Assembly (NCBI GenBank): GCA_951406725.2
Contig: OX597836.1
Span: 43,214,001 to 43,278,000, forward strand
Reading direction: 5' to 3'
Source of the DNA: Octopus vulgaris
Lineage: Eukaryota
Length of the DNA: 64,000 nt
Position 1 is the stretch's first letter. Every line of letters begins with the position of its first letter. The position numbers were made by a program, and so were the translations under genes. The notes beneath the pieces were generated by a model, which was not told the DNA's origin, made no database searches, and saw only the letters and a program-made list of their open reading frames with translations. This document shows, piece by piece, positions 24,290 to 39,096 of this stretch.

Positions 24290-25275
24290 ACACCTTCTAC
24301 TCGACTTACGACCTATGCGACTTACGACCATAGGGACTTACGACCACAAAAAATAAATAAGTAAAATAAACGTCGGACAGCTGCGCGTACAATAACTGGG
24401 AATGGAAGCACTCCGTTGGTTACGACGACGAGGGTTCCGGTTGATCCGAATCAACGGAACAGCCTGCTCATGAAATTTACGTGTAAGTGGCTGAGCACTC
24501 CACAGACACGTGCACCCTTAACGCAGTTCTCGGGGATATTCAGCGTGACACAGAGAGTGACAAGGCCGGCCCTTTTGAAATACAGCTACAACAGAAACAG
24601 GAAGTAAGAGTGAGAGAAAGTTGTGGTGAAAGAGTACAGTAGGGATCACCACCATCCCCTGCCGGAGCCTCGTGGAGCTTTAGGTGTTTTCGCTCAATAA
24701 ACACTCACAACGCCCGGTCTGGGAATCGAAACCGCGATCCTATGACCGCGAGTCCGCTGCCCTAACCACTGGGCCATTGCGCCTCCACGTACAATAACTA
24801 TGGTTGCATCTAGCAACGTAGACCTCCCTTCGATCCAGGCATCCACTACCTGGCACTGCCTCTCACCCAGTCGCTTTTAAGCATCAGTTACGTATGGATT
24901 TGTTACAATTGTATCTGGAATACTCCCTAAAATGACTAGTAAAAGGGAAATGCTTTCATCTACCGATGTGCCAACTGAGAAGACAAGGAAGTCTATTGAT
25001 TTAGGCTATAAAATGAAGATTATCCGGCTGTATGAAGGCGGAAAGAAGGTGAATACAATAGCACGTAATCGCGGTACCGACGATACTTAGGGACAAAGAA
25101 AGAATTCGTGAAGCTGTGAAAGGCTCTGCACAGCAATTATACTTTGTACAAAATTTAGGTAAAATAATTAGGGGTTAAATTTTTTTTGTGTTTTATATTT
25201 TTATACCTCGTTTGAATGAAAATATTGTTGAAAAAGATAAATCTGACATACGACCAAATCTACTTACGACCTGCC
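24290..25275 (+). mobile_element. Internally deleted Tigger/pogo-like DNA transposon
   Basis: Subterminal CGACTTACGACC repeats at both ends. From ATG 24932 it encodes MTSKRE...RKSIDLGYKMKIIRLYEGGKKVNTIAR, resembling the CENP-B/psq HTH N-terminus. Confidence 0.7.
24398..24787 (-). mobile_element. SINE family B nested in the Tigger-like element
   Basis: TSD CGTACAATAACT at 24386-24397 and 24788-24799. Confidence 0.92.
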
Positions 25276-25277
25276 AG

Positions 25278-27050
25278 TGAGTGGATAAAGTGTGAGTCAA
25301 CAAGGGCTTCATGAGAACACACCGCGGTAAGGAAATATGATAGGAAGCCACCAACCCAAGAGCCGGGAAACAAATAGACAGCTAAGAGCGTTTTTTTTTC
25401 AAGAGATTCACCAGCCTTAAAGATATCAAAGGCAACAACACTGCTTTCACCAAATTTCTCGATGGTGAGAGTCACTAACGAGCGACATGGGGGAGGGGAA
25501 TAAATCTTGTACATGGTAATGTGAAGGCGCATGGCTTTGTTGTTAGAGTGTCATGCTCACAATCATGAGGTAGTGAGTTCGATTCCCAGGCCGGGATGTG
25601 TGTTCTGTCCTTGAGTAAGACACTTTATTTTCATGTTGCTCCAGTTCACTCAGTTGTAGAAACGAGTTGTGACGTCACTAGTGCCAAGATGTATCCGCCT
25701 TTGCCTTTCCCTTGTTGTTGTTGTTAAGCAAGACGGGTAAGGGTGATTAGGTGATGGTCTAGGGCTTAGGGGCGGGAGAACCCCCAGACCTTAGAAAAAA
25801 AACTTTGGTCGTCTTGTTGTAGTCGAGGGCTCTTCGTTGACGCCCGACACCACTGGGAGGTGGCCCTCGAAGTCGCTGGAAATGGAGATCTCCAGATCCA
25901 AATTCTTGAACGGCTGCCTTTCCCTTGGATAACATCGGATTTGTAGGAGGCTGATACGCATGGGCGACTGCTGGTCTTCCATAATCAGCCTTGCCCGGAC
26001 GTGTGTCTCGGAGGGGAACGTTCTAGGTACAATCTCATGATCATTTATGACCAAATGGGGTCTTTACTCTTTGCTTTCACATGAAGAGGAGGCGCAATGG
26101 CCCAGTGGTTAGGGCAGCGGACTCGCGGTCATAGGATCGCGGTTTCGATTCCCAGACCGGGCGTTGTGAGTGTTTATTGAGCGAAAACACCTAAAAAGCT
26201 CCACGAGGCTCCGGCAGGGGATGGTGGTGATCCCTGCTGTACTCTTTCACCACAACTTTCTCTCACTCTTTCTTCCTGTTTCTGTTGTACCTGTATTTCA
26301 AAGGGCTGGCCTTGTCACTCTCTGTGTCACGCTGAATATACCCGAGAACTACGTTAAGGGTACACGTGTCTGTGGAGTGCTCAGCCACTTACACGTTAAT
26401 TTCACGAGCAGGCTGTTCCGTTGGTCGGATCAACCGGAACCCTCATCGTCGTAACCGACGGAGTGCTTCCACACAATCATGAAGAAGGGGGAAAGATTCA
26501 ATGAAGTGAAAAAGGTTGTTAATGATTTTCACCGTCACGTTGAGATGCTGGAAGTGAGTGTGACAAAACCTTTGTTGCCAGGTTGAGAGGGATTGTGTGA
26601 GAGTATGGTTGAATGAAAAAAGGTCAGGGTAGAATGAGGGGGTGAAATCATCTGCGTTGGAATAGAAGGCGCAGAAGACGATGGCAAATCATGAATGTAT
26701 AAGTGGAGGCATGTGGGAGGGCAAAACTGAACCCTAAATCACATCTGAGTGGATAAATTGTGAGTCAACAAGGGCTCCATAAGAACATACCGCGGTAAGG
26801 AAATATGATATGATGCCACCAGTCCAAGAGTCGGGAAACAGATAGACAGCTAAGAGCGTTTTTTTTTACCTGGGGAATAGGATATGGCAAAGCATGTTCC
26901 CAAAAATCGGGATAGCGTTTCCTAGAGAGAGAGGGAGAGATATTAAACAGTTTGGTGAAGATAAGAATTAGCTCTGGGGCGTATTTTTTCTAGGGTAATG
27001 GCAGGGGTTTTATGAAAACCAAGGGTCTCGTTGAATTGAAGTGACCATAA
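25278..27050 (-). pseudogene. Highly degenerate LINE RT fragments (25278-25480 and 26480-27050), interrupted by SINEs
   Basis: Remnant motifs FGESSVVAFDIFKA, FTKLFNIS, W.HA..YPIP and NADD. A ~120-bp segment is present twice (25278-25399 and 26747-26867). Confidence 0.5.
26087..26470 (+). mobile_element. SINE family B, tail variant 1
   Basis: Full-length, flanked by the probable TSD CATGAAGA. Confidence 0.9.
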
Positions 27051-27094
27051 GCAGATTCACGCATGTATTTGTTTGTGTGTGTGTGTGTGTGTAT

Positions 27095-27320
27095 TCTTTT
27101 ATTGTTTTAATTGTTTCAGTTATTTGACTGCAGCCATGCTGGAACACCGCTTTTAAGGGGGTTTTTTGGTCGAAATTGCCCCTAAGACTTATTCTTTGTA
27201 AGCCAAGTACTTATCGGTGTCTTTTGCCGAACCGCTAATTTACCGAGACGTAAACACACCAACATCGGTCGTCACGATATGGGGGCGGGCAAAGACAGAC
27301 AGACACATGCACACACACTC

Positions 27321-27390
<70 letters not shown>

Positions 27391-27555
27391 GACGGGTTTC
27401 CTTCAGTTTCCGTCTACCAAATTCAGTCACAAGGCTTTGGGCAGCTCGAGGCTTTAATAGAAGACATTTGCCCAAGATACAACGCAAAGGGACTGAACCC
27501 GCTGCCATATGGTTGGGAAGGAAGCTTCTTACCACACAGCCCCGCTTGTGCCTAT
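27095..27555 (-). mobile_element. SINE family A (diverged)
   Basis: Match to the family consensus with more substitutions. Confidence 0.8.
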
Positions 27556-27629
27556 CCACACAGCCTCGTCTTCGCACGCACACACACACACACGTGTGTA
27601 TGTGTATATATACATATATATATATACAA

Positions 27630-27822
27630 ACATGATAGATCGTTAGCCACAACACACATTTTTTTCTCTCCTTCTTTCTCTCCTTGTTTTGTCCGTGTCC
27701 CTTTCTGTAGAAGAGCGTAGGCTCGAAACGTAAAAGACTTTTTCTATTCCTGAGCGTTATACTAATACATCAGTTTGTTTTGTACACCACCTGTCTTCGT
27801 CTTTTTTTCGTAAACTCTCCCT
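27630..27822 (+). mobile_element. Penelope-like pLTR fragment with A6U hammerhead motif
   Basis: Homologous to 4829-5060. Motif at 27701-27737. Confidence 0.65.
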
Positions 27823-28225
27823 ATATATATATATATATCTTTATATATATATATATATCTTTATATATATATATATATCCAGACATGTATCAAAACAGGA
27901 GATAGGATAATTTTTTTGTTTTATTTTGTTTTGCTTATTCGCCATTCCACATAAATCATTTGCTTATAGAAATTAGAAAATTGTACTTGTAGGATAAGCA
28001 TGTAAGATATCTCCAACTGGAAATTCTTCAGACAGAGAGTTAACTAATATATTATTTGATTTTCTGCCTGACGAAACGGGGATATTGTAATAAGCAGACG
28101 TGCTTCAAAAAGACACACCTTGGATTTTAGACCTAACAACAAGATATACACGTACAGACGCGAGCGCGCATGTGTAGAACGATGAAACAATGATTGACTG
28201 TTGAAAGTAAGTTGGATAGATAGAC

Positions 28226-28310
<85 letters not shown>

Positions 28311-28329
28311 CAGATATACATACATACAT

Positions 28330-28393
<64 letters not shown>

Positions 28394-28408
28394 AAATAGA
28401 TAGCTAGC

Positions 28409-28625
<217 letters not shown>

Positions 28626-28641
28626 TGATAGATAGACAGAC

Positions 28642-28728
<87 letters not shown>

Positions 28729-29150
28729 CAGATTTTGAGGTAGCCAAATAACTAAAACAAACGCAGGAATGTATGTATGTATGTATGTATGTATGTATGT
28801 ATGTATGTATGTATGTATGTATGTATGTGAATACCCATGTACGTACTATTGTCCACACGGTACACACAACGCAGTAACCGAATATGATAAACAGGGCGGT
28901 ATTTTTTTTTTGTCTGTTATTGTCCAGTTAACATACCTTAAATATATTTATGTGAGCTCATGAATAAGTCGATCCTTCTGTTGTAGCGAAACAATCATCA
29001 CACACCCTCTGCAGTGAACTGTTCCACTTTGTTATGTGTTTGAGAGCACGAATAATTTCCAGTCATTCATGATCATTTCGACCTTGTACATAAGCAACCC
29101 TCACCGACTTCTTGGTATACAGAACTGGCTGACAATCGTGTACAGTAAAA

Positions 29151-29890
29151 TATTGGGTTGTCCGGAAAGTTCGTGCCGATCTTTAAAAGACAGAAAGAGG
29201 TCAATAAATACTTGCCATTACATTTTTAATCAACCAAATATGAACCATTTTGTTGCACAATGCGTCTCCATCTTTCCTTTAACTTGAAAATACCTATTTC
29301 TTTATTACCCACAAGGGGCTAAACATAGAGTGGACAAACAAAGACAGACATAGGTATTAAGTCGATTATATCGACCCCCAGTGCGTAACTGGTACTTAAT
29401 TTATCGACCCCGAAAGGATGAAAGGCAAAGTCGACCTCGGCGGAATTTGAACTCACAACGTAACGCAGACGAAATACCGCTAAGCATTTCGCCCGGAGTG
29501 CTAACGTTTCTGCCAGCTCGCCGCTCTCTATTTAACTTGAAAATACCCTCTTCCCAGAATTGAAGTGGTTTCACGGCAAAGAATTCATCAAGGTATCTTT
29601 TTACGTCATCCAAGGAATTGAAATTTTTACCATTAAGACTATTCTGCACAGACCTGAATAAGTGGAAATCCGAAGGAGCAATATCTGGTTGTTATGGAGG
29701 GCGGGGGTAACACATCCCAGCTGAGCTGCAGCAATTTTTGTCTGGTTCCCAAAGCATCAAGTGCCGAAAATGAACTTTCTTATCTTCCATTTTAAAGGGT
29801 TACAGAATTAACACAGGTTATAAGAACATAAACATTCTTCCGCGAAAAGATAGCTTAAACTGTGCTCTAAATGGAGGTGTAGTCAAATGA
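29151..29890 (-). mobile_element. Internally deleted mariner element with a nested family C SINE (29295-29530)
   Basis: N-terminus MEDKKVHFRHLMLW is joined to the C-terminus PDIAPSDFHLFRS.QNSLNGKNF...WEEGIFKL|KERWRRIVQQNGSYLVD*. TIR-like TATTGGGTTGTCCGGAAAGTTC at 29151. SINE TSD TTTAACTTGAAAATACC at 29278 and 29531. Confidence 0.85.
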
Positions 29891-30070
29891 GGAGTGGACA
29901 GACAGCTGACAACTGATGAAGGGTCGTTCTTTATGTTACTTGTCCTGTTTTCCATTTGTTTCTCTCGTTGTTTGCGTATTGAACTCATTTGTTTTCGTAT
30001 TTCATGTTGTTTAGTGTTGGTGACGTCCTGCAACCATATGTGCATATGTGTGTGGTATGTAACATATATA

Positions 30071-30761
30071 CAGGGTCAGGCAAAATGATCTGACACATTT
30101 ATAGGTTAAATAAAAGGCAAATGAAGTAAAGAAACAAAAAAGTGTTTTTATTTTTGAAAAGTACATATAATGCCATTTTGTTTCATTATGTTTTAAAAAT
30201 TAAATCAGTCAAATGGGATCCATTATTGTCCACACACTGTCGAAGGCGTTCACGAAAGTTGTCAATAACTCGGCGGGTCATTTCATGAGGAATGGCAGTA
30301 ATCTCTTGACGAATTGCATCTTTAAGTTGTTCAATAGATCGAGGGCGATTAATGTATACCTTTGACTTGAGGTATCCCCAGACAAAAAAAATCGCACGGA
30401 TTTAAATCAGGTGAACGGGCGGGCCAACCGATGTCACCACGCAATGAAATCAAATGACCAGGGAACATATTCCTCAAAATCCCCATCGCACGATCTATTG
30501 AACAACTTAAAGATGCAATTCGTCAAGAAATTACTGCCATTCCTCATGAAATGACCCGCCGAGTTATTGACAACTTTCGTGAACGCCTTCGACAGTGTGT
30601 GGACAATAATGGATCCCATTTGATTGATTTAATTTTTAAAACATAATGAAACAAAATGGCATTATATGTACTTTTCAAAAATAAAAACACTTTTTAGTTT
30701 CTTTACTTCATTTGCCTTTTATTTAACCTATAAATGTGTCAGATCATTTTGCCTGCCCCTG
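30071..30761. mobile_element. Foldback Tc1/mariner-superfamily element built from two transposase 3' ends
   Basis: TA|CAGGG ... CCCTG|TA termini. 271-bp inverted arms (30071-30341 / 30491-30761). The minus strand encodes WPARSPDLNPCDFFVWGYLKSKVY...FRERLRQC. Confidence 0.9.
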
Positions 30762-30773
30762 TATATATATGTA

Positions 30774-30837
<64 letters not shown>

Positions 30838-30870
30838 CATGTATGTATGTATGTATGTATGTATGTATGT

Positions 30871-31100
30871 ATACAAAATTTAGAGGAGTGACCACTAAAC
30901 GTGGACAGCCTGTATGCTAGATGTAGACGTCAAAATCGCCATTTTCCATGAAGAATATGTTCTCAAGAAAAAATTCCGCACTTTGGTTTTTTGCTGAATT
31001 TTTTCTTGAGAACACATTCAAAATGGAAAATGGTGATTTAACGTCTATGTTTAGCATACGGGCTGTTCACTTTTAGTGGTCAGTCCTCTAAATTTTGTAT
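30871..31100. repeat. Diverged ~105-bp-arm inverted repeat (probably Penelope-derived)
   Basis: ATACAAAATTTAGAGGA ... TCCTCTAAATTTTGTAT. Arms are imperfect. Confidence 0.7.
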
Positions 31101-31779
31101 GAAAAGTTTTTGATCTTCGGATTTTTTTTTAAATATGCTAGGCCACTGGTTTTAATTCATTAATATCAATTTCTACCCATATTTAATTTTCTATGGCGTA
31201 TGTGTTCTCCAGCTGGACGGGACGCCAGTCCATCGTAGCGTTACTCATTTTTGCCAGCTGAGTGGACAGGAGCAACGTGAAATGAAGTGTTTTGCTCAAG
31301 AACACAACGCGCCGCCCGGTCCAGGAATCGAAACCACAATCTTACGATCATGATGCTGACACCCTAACCACTAAGCCACGCGCCTCCACAAGAACTGAAA
31401 TAGATAAAGAAATTATTGCTTGTTTATGAAGTATGAAGAGAGTGGAATGGATTTGTGTCTTAGAAAACCATCTTATATCAATGTGAAATCATAAAAAAAT
31501 TCTTCTTCATGCGAAGGTATGGTTGTGTGGTTAGGAAGTTCGATTTGAAATCATGTGGTTTCGGGTTCAATCGCACTGTACGGCACTTTGAATGAGTGTG
31601 TTCTACTGTAACTCCAACAAATACCTTGTAGGACAAATACTTTGCATTAGAATTTAGACGAAATGCTGCTCGGCATTTTGCCCAGCGTGGTTACCATTTT
31701 CTGCTTGCCCGCCACCTTGATATTCCTCTAAATTTCGGTTTAAAATTGTGGCACGAGGCCAGCAAATTTTGCGGGAAGT

Positions 31780-32845
31780 GAAAGTCGATTACATCAACCC
31801 CAGTAATCAACTGGTATTTATTTCATCGACTGCCACCCAACGAAGAAAGGCAAAGTCGACTTCGGCAGAATTTGAACTCAGAACGCAAAGACAAGCGAAA
31901 TGCCTATTTCTTTACACAAAGAGCTAAACACAGAGAGGACAAACGGATTAAGTCGATTACATCGACCCCAGTGCGTAACTGGTACTTATTTAATCGACCC
32001 CGAAAGGATGAAAGGCAAAGTCGACATCGGCGGAATTTGAACTCAGAACGTAGCGGCAGACGAAATACCTATTTCTTTACTAACCACAAGGGCTAAACAC
32101 AGAGAGGACAAACGGATTAAGTCGATTACATCGACCCCAGTGCGTAACTGGTACTTATTTAATCGACCCCGAAAGGATGAAAGACAAAGTCGACATCGGC
32201 GGAATTTGAACTCAGAACGTAGCGGCAGACGAAATACCTATTTCTTTACTACCCACAAGGGGCTAAACACAGAGGGGAGAATCAAGGACAGACAAACGGA
32301 TTAAGCCGATTATATCGACCCCAGTGCGTAACTGGTACTTATTTAATCGACCCCGAAAGGATGAAAGGCAAAGTCGACCTCGGCGGAATTTGAACTCAGA
32401 ACGTAGCGGCAGACGAAATACCGATTTCTTTACTAACCACAAGGGGCTAAACACAGAGAGGACAAACAAGGACAGACGGACAGACAAACGGATTAAGTCG
32501 ATTACATCGACCCCAGTGCGTAACTGGTACTTATTTAATCGACCCCGAAAGGATGAAAGGCAAAGTCGACCTCGACAGAATTTAAACTCAGAACGTAGCG
32601 ACAGAAGAAATATCTATTTCTTTACTACCCACAAGGGGCTAAACACAGAGAGGACAAGCAAGAACAGACAAACTGATTAAGCCGATTATATCGACCCTAG
32701 TGCGTAACTGGTACTTATTTAATCGACCCCGAAAGGATGAAAGGCAAAGTCGACCCCAGCGGAATTTGAACTCAGAACGCAAAGACAAGCGAAATACCGC
32801 TAAGCATCTCGCCCAGCGCGGTAACGATCTTGCCAGCTCATTGCC
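31780..32845 (-). repeat. Head-to-tail array of SINE family C bodies (five near-identical 170-190-bp units plus a degenerate one)
   Basis: CAGTGCGTAACTGGTACTTATTTAATCGACCCCGAAAGGATG recurs near 31970, 32139, 32323, 32515 and 32699. A single head lies at ~32840. Confidence 0.9.
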
Positions 32846-33052
32846 TTATGATCTTCTAAATATTGGCTTCGAATTTTCACCCAAGGCCAGCAATTTGAAG
32901 GAGGATGTTAGTCGATTACATCGATCCCAGTATATAACTGGTATTTATTTTATCGACCCCCAAAGTCCGTCTTTACGGACGAAATACTGCTAAGCATTTT
33001 GCCCGTAGTGCTATCGATTCTGCCAGCTAGCTGCCTAAACGTTCCTCTAGAT

Positions 33053-33252
33053 GAGTGCTTTTCAACCTTTTTGCTGGAGCGGAACCCCAGCAAACATTTC
33101 ACTGGCTCGAAGAACCCCTGTGCAATAATTTAATAGTCTTATGCACACATATCTGCACAGGAGAATTAAAAATTACTGCCGATTTTAGCAGTTTTGTAAC
33201 TTCTTGCGGAACCCCTGGACTGTACTGGCGGAACCCTGGTTGAAAACCACTG
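33053..33252. mobile_element. hAT (Charlie-like) MITE, 200 bp
   Basis: 8-bp TSD CTCTAGAT on both sides. TIR (G/C)AGTG.TTTTCAACC. Second copy at 62340-62678. Confidence 0.9.
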
Positions 33253-33645
33253 CTCTAGATATTAACGTGTCTCTCTCATTAGCGTATCCCATTAATGTAT
33301 CTCATTAATTAAACTATTTCTTTTTGTATATATTTTTCAGTCAGAATCGTTAGCACGGAGGAGAAAATACATCGCAGCGTTTCTTCCGAATTTACGTTCT
33401 GAGATCAAATTCCTCCGAGGTCGATTTTGCCTTTCTTCCTTTCGGGTCTATAAAACAAGTAGCAGTCCGGCACTGAATCAATGTAACCCTCTCCCTTAAA
33501 ATTTCAAGCCAGGGCTATAAAAGAAAAAAATTGCATACATTTGGTTTTGCTAACGAAATTTAAAATAACACGAAAATTGTTTTAAAAAAAAAAATTGTAT
33601 TCCCAAGATGAATCGTTTGGAAATATCTGCTCTTGTCTATTGGGC

Positions 33646-34020
33646 TCTTTTACTGGTTTCAGTCATTTGACTGCGGCCATGCTGGAGCACCGCCTTTAGT
33701 CGAGGAAATCGACGCCCAAGACTTATTATTTGTAAGCCTAGTACTTATTCCATCGGTCCCTTTTGCCGAACCGCTAAGTTGCGGGGACATAAACACACCA
33801 GCATCGGTGTTGGGGGGGGGGACAAACACAGACACACACATACACACATATATACATATATACACGACGGGCTTCTTTCAGTTTCCGTCTACCAAATCCA
33901 CTCACAAGGCTTTGGTCGGCCCGAGGCTATAGTAGAAGACATTTTCCCAAGGTGCCACGCAGTGGGACTGAACCCGGAACCATATGGTTCATAAGCAAGC
34001 TACCTCCAACACGGCCACTT
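33646..34020 (-). mobile_element. SINE family A
   Basis: Match to the family consensus. Confidence 0.85.
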
Positions 34021-34649
34021 CTTTTTTCAAAGACGATGGAATGTTATTTAAGGGAGACCATCCAGATGCTTCAAGCCACGGCAGAAGACCTCTGCTGCGG
34101 CAAGTTATTGATATTTAAGATCTCTTTTATAGCAGAGAGCTGGTGTCATGAAGTGTCGAAAATTAGGGAGATGTTTAATGTTGTATAGCAGACGATACTG
34201 TATTTATAACCCTCACTCAAAGCGCGTGCGCACGACGTGTACAGGTATTTATGAGCGCATGCGTATACCTATATTGCATGCGTGTGTTTATGTGTGCATG
34301 TGCATTTCCCGCATAGTTCTAAGGGTGTACGTATGTATGTATGTATGTATGTACGTACCTGAGTGTTTTGTGTGTGTGACTGTTTGTGATGAGATCAGCT
34401 GTTTGCTTTATCGTGTCAGTAGTCAAGGAGAGTAAGCCTCCTCTCTTGATATACATCTACACACGTACGTGAACACACTTACACACACACGCATACACAC
34501 ACACACATACACGCAAACTCACACACACTCATACATACACATACACGCACACACACTCACACACACGCACAGAGGGACACTCATTCTCACATACTCAACT
34601 CAATCACACTTCCGACTATACGGTTTGGGGAACCATTGACTAAATTCAC

Positions 34650-37260
<2,611 letters not shown>

Positions 37261-37414
37261 AAGAAAGTTGATTTGTGAAAGCACGTGGTTGAATATATAG
37301 AAAATAGTAACAAGTGAAAAAACTACAGAAGGCTTAAATGTTAAAAAATATATATTTGCGTCAATATGTCTGAAGAATATTAAAAAAAATTTTTTCCTTA
37401 ATGACATAATTTCG

Positions 37415-37453
37415 AAGAAAGACCGGTTTCGCGTTTAGCTTTTCAAATTTCTT
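37415..37453 (-). ncRNA. Minimal hammerhead motif with U3-A8 core in the 3' pLTR of the Penelope-like element
   Basis: AAGAAA-U-UUGAAAA-GC(UAAAC)GC-GAA-AC(CG)GU-C-UUUCUU, located 45 nt downstream of the ORF stop. Confidence 0.55.
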
Positions 37454-37498
37454 GCGACGTTATGTTTATGTTGAACCGAGTTATCGTTATGCTTATGT

Positions 37499-38830
37499 TC
37501 AAGAGAGTTCTAAATAAGGGGAGGTAATGAGTGATTTCTTCCGGTGTAAGGGAGATAATCGTTTAAATTTTTTTCCTTTCCCTTGGTGTGAATTTCTCTG
37601 TATCAGTATGTTGGGATGGTTAAGTCTGGGCTTGTACTTTTCAATGAAGAATGTTTCCTTGTTTAGTCTAATTTGTGTTGATGATCCGATAGCACATTGG
37701 TAAAATGGAAAGATTAAAAATTGTGGTAGTAGTTGCTTTGCGCATTTCTCAATGTGCTCACTAAAAGGTATCATTCTGTATTCTGGGAATGCAATCTGTT
37801 GTCGATGCAGTGTGCATCTACGTCTGAGTGATAGCCCCGTGGATCCCACGTAGTCTTGGTGGCAGCCCGAGCATTTTATGACATAAATTATGTTTTCAGA
37901 GGCACAAGTATAGTTAGATTTGATCTTGAATTTCTGTCCCTCTTTAAAGAGGAATTCTGATCCTTCTAGCAGTTTAGGACATGTTGCACAGTTCGATCTA
38001 CCACATTTTTTTACTTTTGCATCCGTAATTTCAGAAGACAATTTTGCCTTTGTGAGAATCTTTTTACGTGATTTAGGTAGTTTGTAGCTTTTAATGATTT
38101 GGTGTATGTTTAGAATTTCCTTTAATTTGGGGTCCTTATGAAGTATTGGTAAATTCTGGGTGATGATGGTGAAGGCTTCTTTGTTTCTGGGGTTGTATGT
38201 AGATATGTAAGGTAGTATTTTCGGGGAAGGTGTGTTGTTGTGTTGAACTTTTCTTAAAGTTTCTATGTTGATTTCTGTTGCACGTCTGATCCCATCCTCT
38301 ATGAGTTGAGCTGGGTAATGTCTGTCGATTAGGGTGTTTTGGAGTTCTTGCAGTCTAAAGTTCCTGGTATTTTGTTCTGACACTATTGTGCATATCCTTC
38401 TTGCAAGGTTGAAGGGGATGTTTGTTTTAGTGTGTCTTGGGTGGCATGAATTAAAAAGAAGGTATTGTTTGGCGTCTGTGGCTTTGTAAAAAATGTCTGT
38501 TTCTATTTTAAGGTTAATTTTTTTAATTAGTATATCCAAGAACGGAAGCTCCTTTTGGTTGTATTCCATTGTGAACTGTATATTTGGGTTGATGCTGTTC
38601 AATAGGTTTTTGAATTTTAGGAGTTTATCTGTGTTTTCATTCCAGAGTATAAAACAATCGTCTAAGAATCGTTTCCAATTCTCTTTTATGTATTGAGAAA
38701 GGGGGTTTCCAAAGATTGATAAAGATTCCTGGTAAATGATTATTTCCATGTAGCCCATTGTTAGGTTCGCAATGACTGGTGCTGCCCTTGTACCCATAGC
38801 AATTCCGGATTTTTGACGGTAAAATGTATG
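37499..38830 (-). mobile_element. 5'-truncated Penelope-like retroelement ORF (RT C-terminal part + GIY-YIG endonuclease)
   Basis: FYRQKSGIAMGTRAAP, RFLDDCF, LPFLDILI, YK.TD..QYL...SCHP, Cys linker C..C.TC, and NIIYVIKCSGC...YVGSTG...R...H (GIY-YIG). The 432-aa frame is uninterrupted. Confidence 0.92.
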
Positions 38831-39096
38831 TGTGTCCTGTGTGCTGGAAATCTATATGGTCGTATGTGTCCGAGAAAAGTGTTTTATTTAAATTGATGTA
38901 ATTTTTGCATTGATCGATTGAATGGAGACCCTTGAAACGGCCGTAATACAGTGATAACTGGTTATCCTTGTTACATAATTGCTTTTTATTCATTAACTTG
39001 TGCGGACAATACCGGACTGACTTGGTGCCTCAACTTAAGTACCTAATTCAACAGAATCTAAATTATTTCTTTTTATGTATATATATATATATATAC

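Noticed and set aside
26087-26160. tRNA gene-like sequences at SINE heads
   Set aside because: A/B boxes are present but no complete cloverleaf. They are always attached to SINE bodies.
25278-26867. ~120-bp direct repeats 1.47 kb apart resembling LTRs
   Set aside because: No TG...CA ends, PBS or TSD. Both copies translate as degenerate LINE RT sequence.
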